From the NCBI RefSeq assembly GCF_964213995.1, contig NC_135803.1:26288001-26352000 (forward strand): 64,000 nucleotides of DNA, given 5' to 3'. The stretch comes from Mustelus asterias. Its lineage: Eukaryota. Of the stretch, positions 38,708 through 51,985 are shown piece by piece. The position numbers were made by a program, and so were the translations under genes. The notes under the pieces are model-generated. The model saw only the letters and a list, made by a program, of their open reading frames with translations. It searched no databases and was not told the origin of the DNA. Numbering within the stretch: position 1 is the first letter of the stretch; each line of letters begins with the position of its first letter.

Positions 38708-40539
38708 TTTCTTTACTACACCATTAACAGTCATGACTTCAACTGTGAAATTCCCTCCCTAAATCTCTACCTCTCCATCTCTCTTTTCTCCTTCATGACA
38801 CTTCATAAAACCTAGGTCATGGACTAAACTTTTGGCTACCTATCCCAATATCTCCTCTGTATGTGGCTCCATCGTAAATTTTGTTTGATAAGGCTTCTGT
38901 GAAGTGCCCTGGGATATTTTACTACATTGATGGCACTATATAAATACTAATTGTTGAAAACTGACAAGAAACTGTTAATTAATTCACTTCATACTTTGAG
39001 AGGATCCTGACAGGAATTCAGCAGTGTTAATGAGAATATACTCCATTGGTTGATCTACGATGGTTCAGTGAGTCAAATTGAAACATCATTGGTTCCTAGG
39101 CTTAGACTGGGTGGTAAACTCTTGACAAGGTGTTGATGTGAAGGAGTTATGGATTCATCAATCCCAGTGTTCTTAAATTAATTTCCCATACCATTATAAA
39201 AGTTTCTTTATTAGTATCACAAGTAGCCTTACACTAATACTGCAATGAAGTTACTGTGAAAATCCCCTAGTAGCCACACCCCGGCGCCTGTTCAGGTACA
39301 CTGAGGGAAAATTGAGCATGGCCAGTGCACCTAAACAGCACATCTTTCGGACTGTGGGAGGGAACTGGAGCACCCGCAGGAAACCCACGCTGACGCGAGG
39401 AGAATGTGCAGGCTTCGCACAGTGACCCAAGCCAGGAATCAAATTGGACTCCCTGGCGCTCTGAGGCAGAAGTGCGGACCACCCTGCCAACCTGCCCATT
39501 TAAATGTTATCAACATAAGATTTTGTGGCGCAGGCTTTCATCATAATCCAAGTAATAATATGAAAAGTATAGCTTAACATTCATCATATTTGATATTAAT
39601 TGTTGTTAAAATATAAGTTAGATTTATCTATATCTATTGGAACACATAATTCTTTAGACTGACTTCTCTTAACTGCATAATAAATGTTTAAATGATATTA
39701 TATTACATTGATTGAAAGTGCACAGTATGCAAATCTAAATTCACAGACCGGTAATTACACCACCAGAGCAATGGCAACTCAGCTACTGCATCCAAAGAGC
39801 AGTGTTTGAATTTCAATCATAGCTATTCATAATCTGGTCATTGAGTGCAATTCATTGCACAATGGTTGAATGTAACTCTTGACAGTTTGACCAAGGAACA
39901 ATACTGATGTCATGTAGGTGCTGGACTGTTAACCTCCTTTGATTGAGAATGAAACTTGGGAGTGATTGGGAGGAGAAAACAATGGAAAAATGTTCAAAAA
40001 TATTAAGCATATGCGTGCTTCCAATCCAACTTTAAAAGAATTATCTGGTATGTTCTTATCTGGTATTTGCTTTGGACTTACAATTTTGCTTGTTTAGGAA
40101 TATATTAATCAAGATATTCAAGGGTCATTTTTCCAACGTTTCAGTAGCTTTAACTATGGAAAGAATAAGTGCTTTGTCTTTCTGGGAGCAGGCTGCAAGG
40201 CAGAGTAATTAAAGTGAGAATGACAAGATGACATACTGAACAGAACATCTATTGTATCAACGCTCCATATATCAATTTAATAATAATGTTCATTAAAAAT
40301 AAAGACATTCAAAGTGAAAATCTGTTGAAAACACTGGAGGTGACTTTGATCCCAATTATATTAGACTGGATAGGTTTACTGTTTCAAATGGAATCTCGTG
40401 AAATTATTTTAATTATTTTTAGCAATGGCTTGTGTTATTTTTGTAGTAATTATTCATTTCAAAATATTGAAAACAGCTCATAAAAATTATAGACAAAACT
40501 ATAAACTTAATAATTACGTCTGTTCCATTGACAACATAT

Positions 40540-43500
40540 ATAATAACTCCAGGAGTCAGCTGTAAAGGAACAGTGCTTTATTGCACAAAATAAAGTAAAG
40601 TAAAACCACATGCCTGTGGTGAACACAAAAAGATCCCAACTGGGACAATACAATAATGGACCATTCGGGGGTGTGCTTTATACAGGACTCGTTATACGAG
40701 CTCCACCTGGTTGGGACTGGGCTGATGTGAAGGGAGGAAACGCCTTGTCTTCCTTGAAGAGGCCCAGTCGAGGTTTGTGATTGGTTACTATGGTGAAATG
40801 CCAGCCGTAGACATACTGGTGGGGTGGAACATTTTCACCGCAAACACCATGGCCAAACCTTCTTTTTTCGACCTGAGCTTACTTCCTCTCTGCATTTGCA
40901 AGGATTTGTAATGCGTATGTGATTGGACGTTCTGTCCCATCATCCCAACAGTGCAATAATACTGCTCCTATCCCATAGGGGGAGGCGTCCTTGATTACAA
41001 TGAGTGATCTCAGGGAGTCATAGTGGGCTGGTATATTTGTTGACAGCAATTGTTGTTTGACATTTGCAAAGGCCTTCCCTCGTGGCATTTGCCATGACCA
41101 TTTCTGATTTTTCTTTAACAGTACATGGAGAGGTACCAGTAGGGTCACCAAGTTCAGTATGAATTTTCCATAGTAATTTATGAGACCTTGGAAAGGTCTG
41201 TTGTGTTCCTTAGAGTCAGAGCCTCTTTTATGACTTTCACCTTCTCTTCGACAGGATGTAAATCATAGAATCCCAAGTGCAGGAGGCCATTCAGCCCATT
41301 GAATCTGCACCGACAACAATCCCACTCTATCCCCATAACCTCACGTATTTACCCTTCTAATCCCCCTGACACTAAGGGACAATTTAGCATGGCCAATCCA
41401 CCTAACCCGCACATCTTTGGACTGTGGGAGGAAACTGGAGCACCGGGAGGAAACCCAAGCAGACACGGGGAGAACTTGCAAACTCCACACAGACAGTCCC
41501 CCGAGGCCGGAATCAAACCCGGGTCCCTGGTGCTGTGAGGCAGCAGTGCTAACCACTGTGCCACCGTGCCACCCTTGTCCATCTTGTAATCCATCCTTGT
41601 CAACTCTGTACCCAATGTTCGTTACTTCATTGACCTGGAACACATATTTTTCCCTTTTTAATCGGATGCCTTCATCAGAAAAAAACTGTAAGACAGCCTC
41701 CAAACTCTCCAAATGTTCTTTTGCAGCAGCTCCTGAGATTAAAACATCATCCAGATAGACTGCCATTCTGGGCAGCCCTTGAAGGATGTTCTCCATTACT
41801 CTTTGAAAAATGGCGCAAGCCGAAGACACCCCAAAGGGAAACGAGTATACTCATACAGTCCTTTGTGAGTATCTATGGTGACATCCTTCCTGGATGACAC
41901 CACAAGCTCCAGTTGGAGGTAGGCATGGCTCATGTCTAATTTGGAAAAGATGTGACTCCCAGCCAACAATGCATGCAAGTCTTCTAAGTGTGGATCAGGA
42001 TATCTTCTAAGTGTGAGGCTCTATTGACTGTCAACTTATAATCCCAACAGAGGTGGATCGAATTGTCAGGCTTTAAAACTGGGACAACTAGGGTGGCCCA
42101 TTCAGCAAATTGCACTGGGTGTATAATGCCAAGATCCTCTGGATGTTCCAATTTGGCCTCTACTTTGGCACGTAGGACTTAGGGGACTGGTTGTGCCTTG
42201 AAGTGTTTAGGTTGGGCCTCTGGGTCCACATAGATCTTGGCCTTAGCGCCTCTAATCTTCCCAAGGTCTTCTTGGAACACTTCGGGATACTTCCCAGTTA
42301 CTTTGTATAAATTGCCAGTATCCATTTTAAAGATCTATTGCCAATCCACGTGGATTTTCTGTAACCGGTCCCTTCTAAAAGGTTGGGCCCTAGTCCTTGC
42401 ACTACTATTAGGGGGAGTCAGACTATCTGTTGCCCTTGCGTATCTAGGTTACAGTGGTCCCAACAAAACGCAAGAGCTCCCCAGCATATGTGGCTAATCT
42501 AGCATTGGTGCCCTATAGGCTTAAAGGCAAGATGTGCAATTGGAGTCACCTAAAGGTTTGCTCCTCAATAATAGATACAGCGGCTCTTGTGTCTACCTTC
42601 ATATCAAGGGGGTGGCCATTTACCTAGAGTTTAATCTTGATTGGAACCACTTTGGGTGTGGCAGTGCAATTTAGCTGCATCAATTCCTCATCCTCGGGTT
42701 GGTTTATTTGTAAAGCCCTGTCCTGAGGTAACTTTGTCCTTCAGCCTGGATGGTACGCATTTTGCCTATTTCAGCAGCCTTCCTTGGGGTGGACCCTATG
42801 ACTACAAGTGCAGCACGGATGTGCTCACTCCTCACTTAATTATGGAGAGTCTTCCCGTCTCGTTCTGGAATCTTGAAGCCTCTGATTCCAATCACCCTTT
42901 CTTGACAACAAATGGGAGATGCGAGCGTTATTCGCTGGTGGCTTGGTTCTGCAATATGGGACTCGCCCAAGGCTGAGAATGGTACTATGGATCCCTGAAG
43001 CTCCTGGGTCTCTTTTTCCATGTTTTCTTGAGAAAGGGCCAGTTCTACGGCTTTTTTGAGGTTCAGAGTTGGTTCAGTCAGTAGCTTCCTTTTGTCGCTA
43101 TATATTCCACATACTAAACGATCCCTTTACATTTCCGGAAGTGCTGATCCGTACTCACAGTGTTCCACCAATTTTTGCAGTCTCATCAAGAATCCAGTGA
43201 CTGGTTCCCCAGGGAATTTATTTGCCATGTTAAACATGTAGCATTGCAATATAACAGACTGTTTAGGGTCATAGTGGTCCAATACCATATCCACCAATTC
43301 GACCAAAGGTTTTGAATCTGGGGCTGCCAGGTGGGTTAAACTTTTTATGATGCTGAAAGCCAGGGATGCCCAAGCAGTCAGGAAAATGACTTGTTGCTGG
43401 TCGTCCCCTTCTATCCCATTTGCCCAGAAGAAATATTGCATTCTTTTGATGTACTGGGGTCAATACTCCACACCCACATCATAAGTTTCCAGTTTCCCAA

Positions 43501-43820
43501 ACAGCACGATTTTGAATATCTCCCTGTACTGTCTTACTGGGCTCATTGAAACTGTCTGAAACTTTTCTTCTTCCTCGTTGCCAATGTAATGACTCAGGAA
43601 GACCAATTGAAAAGGAACATAGTTTAATATAGAATGCAAAGGAAAACCACTACATATACTAGACCCTGTCTGGGACTACCGTTCAGCTGGTCCTGTCTTG
43701 GGCCTGCCTTATAAAAACTCAGGTAATGGGTTCCAGCTGAGCAGGCTGTTACCAGGGGAACTTATACTCCCGATAGGGAGATCAATCAGTGATTCCCCGT
43801 GGACCTCATGGGGGTTATCA
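40540..43820 (-). mobile_element. Gypsy/Ty3 LTR retrotransposon, decayed, integrase deleted
   Basis: 5' LTR 43585-43820 (TG...CA); PBS TGGCAACGAGGA at 43572-43583 (tRNA-Ser(GCU)-type); gag (ORF 43127-43441); protease VDT(R)AAVS at about 42590; RT YLDD (ORF 41341-41829); RNase H DASPYGIGAVL (ORF 40879-41151). Confidence 0.88.
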
Positions 43821-44210
43821 TTGGAATTAAGAAGAACGAGACGTGATCTTATTGAAACATTTAAGATCCCAAGATGACTTGAGAGGATGCTCAGATTATA
43901 TTTCCCTTTGTGAGAGAGACTAGAACAAGGGACATAGTTTAAAAATACGGGGTCTCCAATTTAAGACAGATAAAAGAAGGAATTTCTTCTCTCAGAGGGT
44001 TACTAGTCTTTGGAATTCCCTTCCACAGAGAGCAATGGAGGCTGGGTCATTGAATATATTCACGGTTGAGTTAGGCAATGGAGTTAAGAGTCATGGGGAA
44101 CAGGCAGGAAAGGAGTTAAGACCATAGTTCTCTCAATCCTGATCTTGTCAAATGGTCAAGCAGGCTTGATGGGCCAAATGGTTTACTCCTCCTCCTATTT
44201 CTCATGAATC
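43820..44210 (+). mobile_element. CR1 3' fragment
   Basis: Decayed ..GDLIETFKI..FFSQRV..LWNSLP coding similarity and the 3' UTR. Confidence 0.75.
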
Positions 44211-45503
44211 TTTTTTATTCATTAAAGGGGATGTAGGCTTCACTGGCTAGGCCCATCCACAATTGCCCTTGGGAAGGTGGTGGTGAGTTGCCTTCTGGAA
44301 TTGTTGCTTATGATCATGGTGTGAATTTAGAATAATTACCTACCATTCTCTTGCTCAAAGAGGTTGCAAAGTTTAGGGCTGGGTCCACTGAAACGTAAGT
44401 GAGTTTTTAAGGGCACAATAAAGTGATAATTGTGATAAGCAACTTCTCAAGGCCTGAAAATGTAATTATACAAATGTGGAGTCGCATTCACTTTGAAGAA
44501 AATTAATGTTGCAGATTTTTGAAAACTATATTTTTTGTTATAGTTTTCGTATTTTGCTCTTTTATGTCTTTCCCTTAACCTATTGTGCATGTATGTCATA
44601 ATCTTTACATTACTTTCAGTACAATGAATTAAATGTAATCAGCCAATCAAACATTAAGACTGTCATATAATTTGCTACTTTTGTTCATGTCCCATACTAA
44701 TGCTCGGCTAAGCCAAGACCTGAAGAGCCTCTAAAACATTATCATGAACTGCCAAATAGATGAGTGAACAGGATGGTGGCGCCCCTCGGAGGACATAGTC
44801 TTATGTTGCCTTTGTATGCTCAAGCACGGTTATTCGCTTTCAACTACAAATGAATGCGTGTATCCAGGGGAGCAGATGATCAGAACCCTGCTGACTGAGA
44901 AATTACAGGTATTCATCTTTTTGATTCAGTTTAATTGAACTGTGATTACATTTTATTGACATCAATCTTAAAGTTCCTCAGTGGTGCTCCTATTTAACTA
45001 TTGGTTAAAATAACCCATGATTAAATGTACATTTTAATCTCTTTTTGTTTATTTCACGTTTTGAACATTATCAGAATTCACTAGGAATAAGCATTGACCT
45101 CAATAAAGAAGGTAATTGAATAAAATGCTGGGCTGTCTTTGTTTGTTTGGGGAGGAAGCGGATTGAATAAAGGAAACAGTGGATACATATTAAAGAAGTG
45201 ATGACATTCTAAATGGAGCATCCCACGTATTGGCAGTCGGATCTCTTCTGTTTCGAAAGCATACTAGAATATGCTTCCTGAAACTCAATGCCACATTTGC
45301 AGATGCAAAGATTGAGAGATGAAAATGTCAAAAACAACTATTTATATTTGTATTGCTCATTTAATAGAACAAAACACCACAATGTGCTTTATAGGAGTCT
45401 TGCAAAGCAAAATTAGACACCAAGCCACACAAAGAGATGTTAGGGCTGGTGGGTGAAAGTTTGGCAAAAAAGGTAGAGTACCTTAAGGAAAAAAGAAAGA
45501 TAT

Positions 45504-45861
45504 GGGGTGGAATTTTCCCATCCTACCCACCACTGGATTCGTCGCAGGCGGGACACGGACCTTAAGAACATAAGAACTAGGAGCAGGAGTAGGCCATCTG
45601 GCCCCTCGAGCCCGCTCCGCCATTCAATAAGGTCATGGCTGATCTTGTCATGGACTCAGCTCCACTTACCCGCCCGCTCACCATAACCTTTAATTCCTTT
45701 ACTGTTCAAAAATTTATCTATGCTTGCCTTAAAAACATTCACTGAGATAGCCTCAACTGCTTCACTGGGCAGGGAATTCCACAGATTCCATGCAAAGATC
45801 CGTTGACCTCGGGTGGGATTTTCCAGCCTTGGGGCGAGAGCGGCCAGGAAGTCCCACCCCC
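45504..45861. mobile_element. MITE-like element with imperfect TIRs, containing a CR1 3' fragment (about 45564-45788, minus), inserted in an L2-like remnant
   Basis: GGGGTGGAATTTTCC ... GGAAGTCCCACCCC termini; the internal CR1 tail matches 3733-3960. Confidence 0.5.
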
Positions 45862-46420
45862 TGAGTCAGAAAAATTTAGGGAGGGAATTCCAAAGCTTAC
45901 AATCTGGGCAGCTGAAGGCATGGTCAGCAATTATGGAACAATTAAAACTAGGGATACCTTCAGATACCTAGCATCAATGTCACTGTGGGGCTCAAGGAGA
46001 TTACAGCGATGAGCAGGGGAAAAATCAAAGAGGAATTTGAAAATAAGGATGCGAATTTTGAAATCAAGTCATTGCTTGGCTTGGAGCCAATGCAAATTAG
46101 CAAGCTTAAGGGTGCAAGTAAGGGTATGGGCAGGAGAGCTTTGGATGACCTCAGCTTCACGGAAGGTAGAATGTGGGAGGCCAGCCTGTAGTGTGTTGAA
46201 ATAGTCAAGTCTACAGGTAACAATGGCATGAATGAGAGTTTCAATAGCAGATAAGCTGAGGGAGGGGCATAAACAGGCAATGTTACAGAGGTGGAAATAA
46301 GTGGTTTTAATAATGGCATAGATATTTGGTCAGAAACTCATCTCAGGCTCAAATATGATACCAAGGTTGTAAACAGTCTGGTTTGCTCTCAGACAATTGC
46401 CAGGGAGAATGGTGGAATCA

Positions 46421-47006
46421 GTAGCTAGTGAACTGAGTTTGGGTTGTGGAGTCGGTATCTAGTGAACTGAGTTTGGGTGGTGGAGTCGGTAGTTAGTGAA
46501 CTGAGTTTGGGTGGTGGAGTTGGTAGTTAGTGAACTGAGTTTGGGTGGTGGAGTTGGTAGCTAGTGAACTGAGTTTGGGTGGTGGAGTCGTTAGCTGGTG
46601 AACTGAGTTTGGGTGGTGGAGTCGTTAGCTAGTGAACTGAGTTTGGGTGGTGGAGTCGGTAGTTAGTGAACTGAGTTTGGGTGGTGGAGTCGGTAGTTAG
46701 TGAACTGAGTTTGGGTGGTGGAGTCGGTAGCTAGTGAACTGAGTTTGGGTGGTGGAGTCGGTAGTTAGTGAACTGAGTTTGGGTGGTGGAGTCGGTAGTT
46801 AGTGAACTGAGTTTGGGTGGCGGAGTCGGTAGCTAGTGAACTGCGTTTGGGTGGTGGAGTCGGTAGCTAGTGAACTGAGTTTGGGTGGTGGAGTCGGTAG
46901 TTAGTGAACTGAGTTTGGGTGGTGGAGTCGGTAGCTAGTGAACTGAGTTTGGGTGGTGGAGTCAGTAGCTAGTGAACTGCGTTTGGGTGGTGGAGTCGGT
47001 AGCTAG
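46421..47006. repeat. Minisatellite, 34-bp unit x about 17 (GTAGCTAGTGAACTGAGTTTGGGTGGTGGAGTCG)
   Basis: Head-to-tail copies with 0-2 substitutions each and no spacers. Confidence 0.97.
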
Positions 47007-47379
47007 CAGCAGGGACAATAATTTCAATCTTCCCAAAATTTAACTGGAGGAAATTTCTGCTTATCCTGTGCTGAATTTGGGACAAAAAGTCTGATTATTT
47101 AAAGACAGCGGGGAAACCGAAAAAGAGCTGGTGGTTCAAAAAAGCAATCAATGATCTGCAGAAGGGCCATCGAGATTCGAAACATTGGCTTTATTCTCTC
47201 CCCACAGACGCTGTCAGACCTGCAGAGATTTTCCAGCATTTTCTGTTTTTGTTTCAGATTCCAGCATCCGTAGTAATTTGCTTTTATCCAAATCTAATGC
47301 TGAATCATTTGGTAAATATCCAAACTGAAAACCAGACAGATCTAATATTTATTGTCCACCGGGAACAAAATACTCCTTG

Positions 47380-47511
47380 CGGAAAGCGCGCGGTCCTGCG
47401 CCTTTAAGGAAAAGAATCGTTGGCCGTCACCTTGGCAACGACGCCACCCCCGACGTCATGACGCGGGAGCAAGCAGCCAATCGGCAGCCGCCAGATTTGA
47501 ACCCGGCAGTC
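47380..47511 (+). promoter_or_regulatory. PIGZ CpG-island promoter: RFX X-box-like 47426-47439, CRE-like 47452-47458, CCAAT 47477-47481, CHR-like TTTGAA 47496-47501
   Basis: Abrupt CpG/GC enrichment in an AT-rich background, with clustered motifs immediately 5' of an ATG and a strong splice donor. Confidence 0.7.
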
Positions 47512-47547
47512 ATGGCGGCGCTGTGGGTCAGGGCGGCTCTGATACAG
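47512..47547 (+). CDS. PIGZ: PIGZ exon 1 coding part (MAALWVRAALIQ)
   Basis: gtcATGG Kozak context in the CpG island; CAG|gtaaca donor in phase 0; splices in frame to the acceptor ending at 49500. Confidence 0.6.
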
Positions 47548-47550
47548 GTA

Positions 47551-47700
47551 ACAGCCGCGGGGGACGGCACCGGGCCCCTCAGCTCCAGCCCGGGGGAATG
47601 GCAGCGGGCTCTTCAACCCCAGCCCGGGGGAATGGCAGCGGGCTCTTCAACCCCAGCCCGGGGAATGGCATCGGGCCACTCAGCCCCAGCCCAGGGAAAT
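47551..47700. repeat. GC-rich tandem repeat, about 34-bp unit x about 4 (CCAGCCCGGGGGAATGGCAGCGGGCTCTTCAACC), at the start of PIGZ intron 1
   Basis: Two identical copies from 47585 and 47619, with degenerate flanking copies. Confidence 0.88.
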
Positions 47701-49500
47701 CGCTCAAGTGGTGCTGCCTTTACCACTATGTGTGAAATATTTTTCTGTACAATACCTCATTTTCCACTGTTTCTCCTCAAGGTTCATTTATTTATTAGTG
47801 ATCTGGTTGAAACACTTCTTAGTAAATATATTTTTGGGTTTTAGTGATTCATATATACCCAAGTTGTTAAGGATTGTAGAGCAGTCACCCTGAGTATACA
47901 TGGTTGGAGTTCTATAGATTGTTAATCGCAGAATTTAACAATGTTGTCTATACTGAATCACTTGGGGCTGTCATCGTACCAGACGTGGAGATGCCGGCGT
48001 TGGACTGGGTTTACTTCTTACTGTATCATACCAGACAGCATATTTAAGTTTATGATGGAGCTTTTTGCTTTTTGCGTGTGTGTTATTCAGGTGGGACTGA
48101 TTGATGTTGCCTGTGTGATTCTGCTGAGATCATAACTCAAGCTCAAAAAAAAGAGCGGGCCTGGGATGTGCAAGAGCCAGATTTCAAAGAGCATAATGCA
48201 GTTATCTTGGAGAGTTCTGGGACCGCAGGAGGTTACCGAATTTGGAGGAGCTATGCCATGGAGGATTTGAATACAGGTATGGCAGTTATCCACGATCCGT
48301 GAGGGACCAATAGGCATCTTTCTGTTAGAGAGAATTGGCAGTTTTATAGTTTGAGGGGCACAACTCTGCATCAAACATGGGGCAAGGTGAACTCCCACAT
48401 TTGCTCTGGGGATTGGACCTGTGCTGTCGGTGTGATTCTGCAGCACATGCCAGCCAACTGAACCAACTGGCACCCACATTTAAAAACAAGGATGAGAGTA
48501 TTTAATTTAAGCTTTTGCAGTACTGGGAGCAACTGTAAGTCAGCGAGCACAGGGTTGGTTGATGGATAAACAGGATTTGGTATCTGTTAAAGAGAGGGGA
48601 ACAGAGGTTTGGACAAGTTCAAGTTGGTGGAGAGTGGAAGGTTGTAAGCCAGTCAGGAGAGGATTGTAGTAGTCAAGTTTAGAAGTAACCAAGGCATGGA
48701 TGAGGATATCAGTGGCAGATAAGCAATGTTACAGAGGTGGATATAGATGGTTGTTGTTGAGGTGTTATAATGTAGAAAAGAGAGAACCTGGCAAAAGGAC
48801 CCCGCCCTGCCCAATCCAGGCAAGTGCCTACAGTTTGTGAGCAATATTCTGTGGAAAGCAAAATAACTAGGTGTGGACATCACCAAGAAAAGTTTTTGTC
48901 ACTGAATTTAACTTGTTCTTAAAATTCTAATGTCCTGGCCAATATTTATCCCTCAACCATCATCACTAAAACATATCATCATGTCATTATTTCCTGGCTG
49001 TTTATGGGATCCTGCTGTCTGCAAATTGGTAGCCATATTTCCTACGTAACAATAATTACTCCTTAATGTACTTCATTCGCTGTAAAGCGTTTTGAGATGG
49101 ACTGAGGCGATGGAAGGTATATAAATGCAAATTCTTTCTTCTTTTGTGTAATGTGCTATTATTCAGAGATGACATTGTTATTTTGATGTTAAGACCTACC
49201 TATTTTCACAGATATTGTAAAGATAAAGACAGTACCTTACTTTGAAAATAAAACAGAAAACACTAAACGTGCACAAGTCCATCAGAATTTGAAAAACAGA
49301 TAGATTAAAGCTTCAAGGTAGGGACCTTTGGTTACACCTTATTTTTGTCTTTAAAGATCATGAATTACCTGTTACATCAGTCGTAATATTTGTTCTTGTA
49401 TAATTAAGTATTTTAAATATTTTAATTTTTTTTTTTTACAAATTGATTCATCTGCTATTTCTGTTATAAAAAATCTAATTAGAATTTTTGTTTTGAACAG

Positions 49501-49642
49501 TTGTGTGAAGTTTTGATGCTGAGGATGGGATTCAAGTTAATGTGGTTGGTACTTGGAGGAGTCAGGGTGCTCTGGTGCCTAGCACCACAAACAGGCTACA
49601 TACATCCTGATGAATTTTTTCAGTCTCCAGAGGTTATGGCAG
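49501..49642 (+). CDS. PIGZ: PIGZ exon 2 (..[40 protein letters not shown])
   Basis: [18 protein letters not shown] is the PIGZ/Smp3 (GT22 family) signature; ttttgaacag acceptor and G|gtaaaa donor; alternative ATGs at 49516 and 49525. Confidence 0.93.
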
Positions 49643-51484
49643 GTAAAACACCTAATAACTTTTTTAAAATCTGTTTTTCAGAAAAAATTTTTCCTTTGTT
49701 TGCTTTTAAAACAAACCTCTTCATCCCATGCTCATAAATGTTGTTTGTAAGGAACTAATTTAGAGGATGACATGATTCAACCCAACCTACTGACATCTGC
49801 ATAAACTTAGAAGTGTCCAGACCAAATTCTTTAGTATGTTACTTGGCCGTAATCTATTGAGCATCATTGGCTACATTAAAAAAACAAATGAGACACTGAT
49901 TGCGAGAGATTCATGGATGAGTGTACAACCAAAATAAGCCGAATACTTCAAAAACAAACACAATAAATGAACTTTTTAATTAAATGGTTATCAATGAAAA
50001 TATTTCTCTGTACAATTTCAGTTAAAACACCTCTTGACCGAATAATAATCTTGCAGTAAAATGCTGCTTCACAACAAAAACAAAGCGCTGTTAATGTAGT
50101 AAAACATTCCAAGGCACTGCAAAAGAGTGGCAACAAACAAAATTTGACATTGAGCCACATGAAGATATATCAGGACAGCTGACTAAGAGCTTGGCCAAAA
50201 GGGTAAGGTTTAAGGATCATCTTAAAGGAGCAAAGAGAAGTGGAGAGGTTCAGGGATGGAATTCTAGAGCTTAGGGCTCAGGCAGCTGGAAGCATGGCCT
50301 CCAATGGTGGGTATTTACAATTGGGGCTGCAAAAAGACCAACATCTGAGGAGCGCTAAGATCCCGGAGCATTGTAAGGTTCTAGATGAGTGAGTTCATTG
50401 AATAGAATTCATAGGATCCCTACTGTACAGGAGGCCATTCAGCCCATCAAGTTTGTACCGACCACAATCCCACCCAGGCCCTATTCCTGTAACCCCACAT
50501 ATTTACCTTGCACTAGGGTCAATTTAGCACGGCCAGTCAACCTAACGCACATCTTTGAAGTGTGGGAGGAAACCGGAGCACCCGGAGGAAACCCACACCG
50601 ACGTGGAGAATGCGCAAACTCCACACACACTGACCGAGGCCAGAATTGAACCTGGGTCTCTGGCGCTGTGAGGCAGCAGTGCTAGCCACCGTGCCACCCC
50701 TAGTTAGGGAGGGATTTGAAAACAAGGATGAAAATTTTAAATTGTGACACTGAAGGGCCAGATGTGAATGTAGATCAGTGAGCTCGGGTGATGGGTGAAT
50801 GGAATTTTGTGAGAAATAGGATAAGGACAGCTGAGGTTTGAATGAGGTCAAATTTATGTAGGGAGCACAGACAGGAAAGCATTGGAAAGTCAAATCTAGT
50901 GGTGGTAAAGACATAGATTAGGGTTTCAGCAGCAGATCAGCTGAGGCAGAGCAAAAATAGGCAATGTTACACTGGTGGAAGTAGACAGTCTTGTTGATCA
51001 ATGGGTGATGGGATTGAAAGCTTATCTCTGGGTCAGATTGGATACTAAGGTTGTGAATGATCTGGGTCAGCCTCTGATATTAACCCTGGAGAGGGGTGAC
51101 TGGGAATGGAGTTTGTGGGGTGAACTCAAGCTAACAGCTTCCTTATATTTAGTTAGCGGTTTTTTGCTTATCCAGGACTGAAGGTCTGATGAGCGACATG
51201 ACAATTCAGATGATGGAGTGGTCAACAGAGGTGATGGTGGAGTAGAGCTGGGTGTTGTCGGCATACATGTGGTTTTTGATATGATTGATATAGCTGAGGA
51301 GCAACACGTAAATGAAAACTATTCAAAAGCATTTGTATGTTTTATTGACAGGTTCTATGCCTCATTTAGGCAAGGTACATATTCACAGGGAACAATGGAG
51401 TTCAGCTTTTTTTTCACTTTTCTATCTGGAAGCAACCTGTCTCCTGAACTGTAACCAAGTACCTGTTTATGAAGGGGATCACTG

Positions 51485-51985
51485 ATTTGATTTATTATTG
51501 TCACATGTATTAGTATACAGTGAAAAGTATTGTTTCTTGTGCACTATACAGACAAAGCATATCGTTCATAGAGAAGGAAAGGAGTGCAGAATGTAGTTAC
51601 AGTCATAGCTAGGGTGTAGAGAAAGATCAATTTAATATGAGGCACATCCATTCAAAAGTCTGATGGCAGTAGAAAAGAAGCTGTTCTCAAGTCGGTTGGT
51701 ACGTGGCCTCTGACGTTTGTATCTTTTCCCCAACGGAAGAAGGTGGAAGTGAGTATGTCCGGAGTGCGTGGGGTCCTTGATTATGCTGGCTGCTTTTCCG
51801 AGGCAGTGGGAAGTGTAGATAGAGTCATTGGATGGGAGGCTGGTTTGCATGATGGACTGGGATTCGTTCATGACCCTTTGTCGTTTCTTGTGGTCCTGGA
51901 CAGATCAGGAGCCATACCAAGCTGTGATACAACCAGAAAGAATGCTTTCTATGGTGCATCTGTGAAAGGTAGTGAGAGTCGTCGC
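51485..51985 (-). mobile_element. Rex1/Babar-type LINE 3' fragment in PIGZ intron 2
   Basis: Reverse-complement match to 28725-29117; SIY..HCL.KAASIIKDPTH.GH..F.LLP.GKRY motif. Confidence 0.85.

Larger units (their letters stand above)
45330..47110 (-). mobile_element. Old L2-like LINE remnant hosting the MITE and the minisatellite (related remnants at about 35900-36070, 37940-38950, 48480-48780 and 50060-51300)
   Basis: Mutual similarity among these stretches and decayed RT C-terminal coding similarity. Confidence 0.55.

Noticed and set aside
46421-47006. Regular 34-bp repeats resembling a CRISPR array
   Set aside because: Head-to-tail units with no unique spacers, no cas genes and a vertebrate context; it is a minisatellite.
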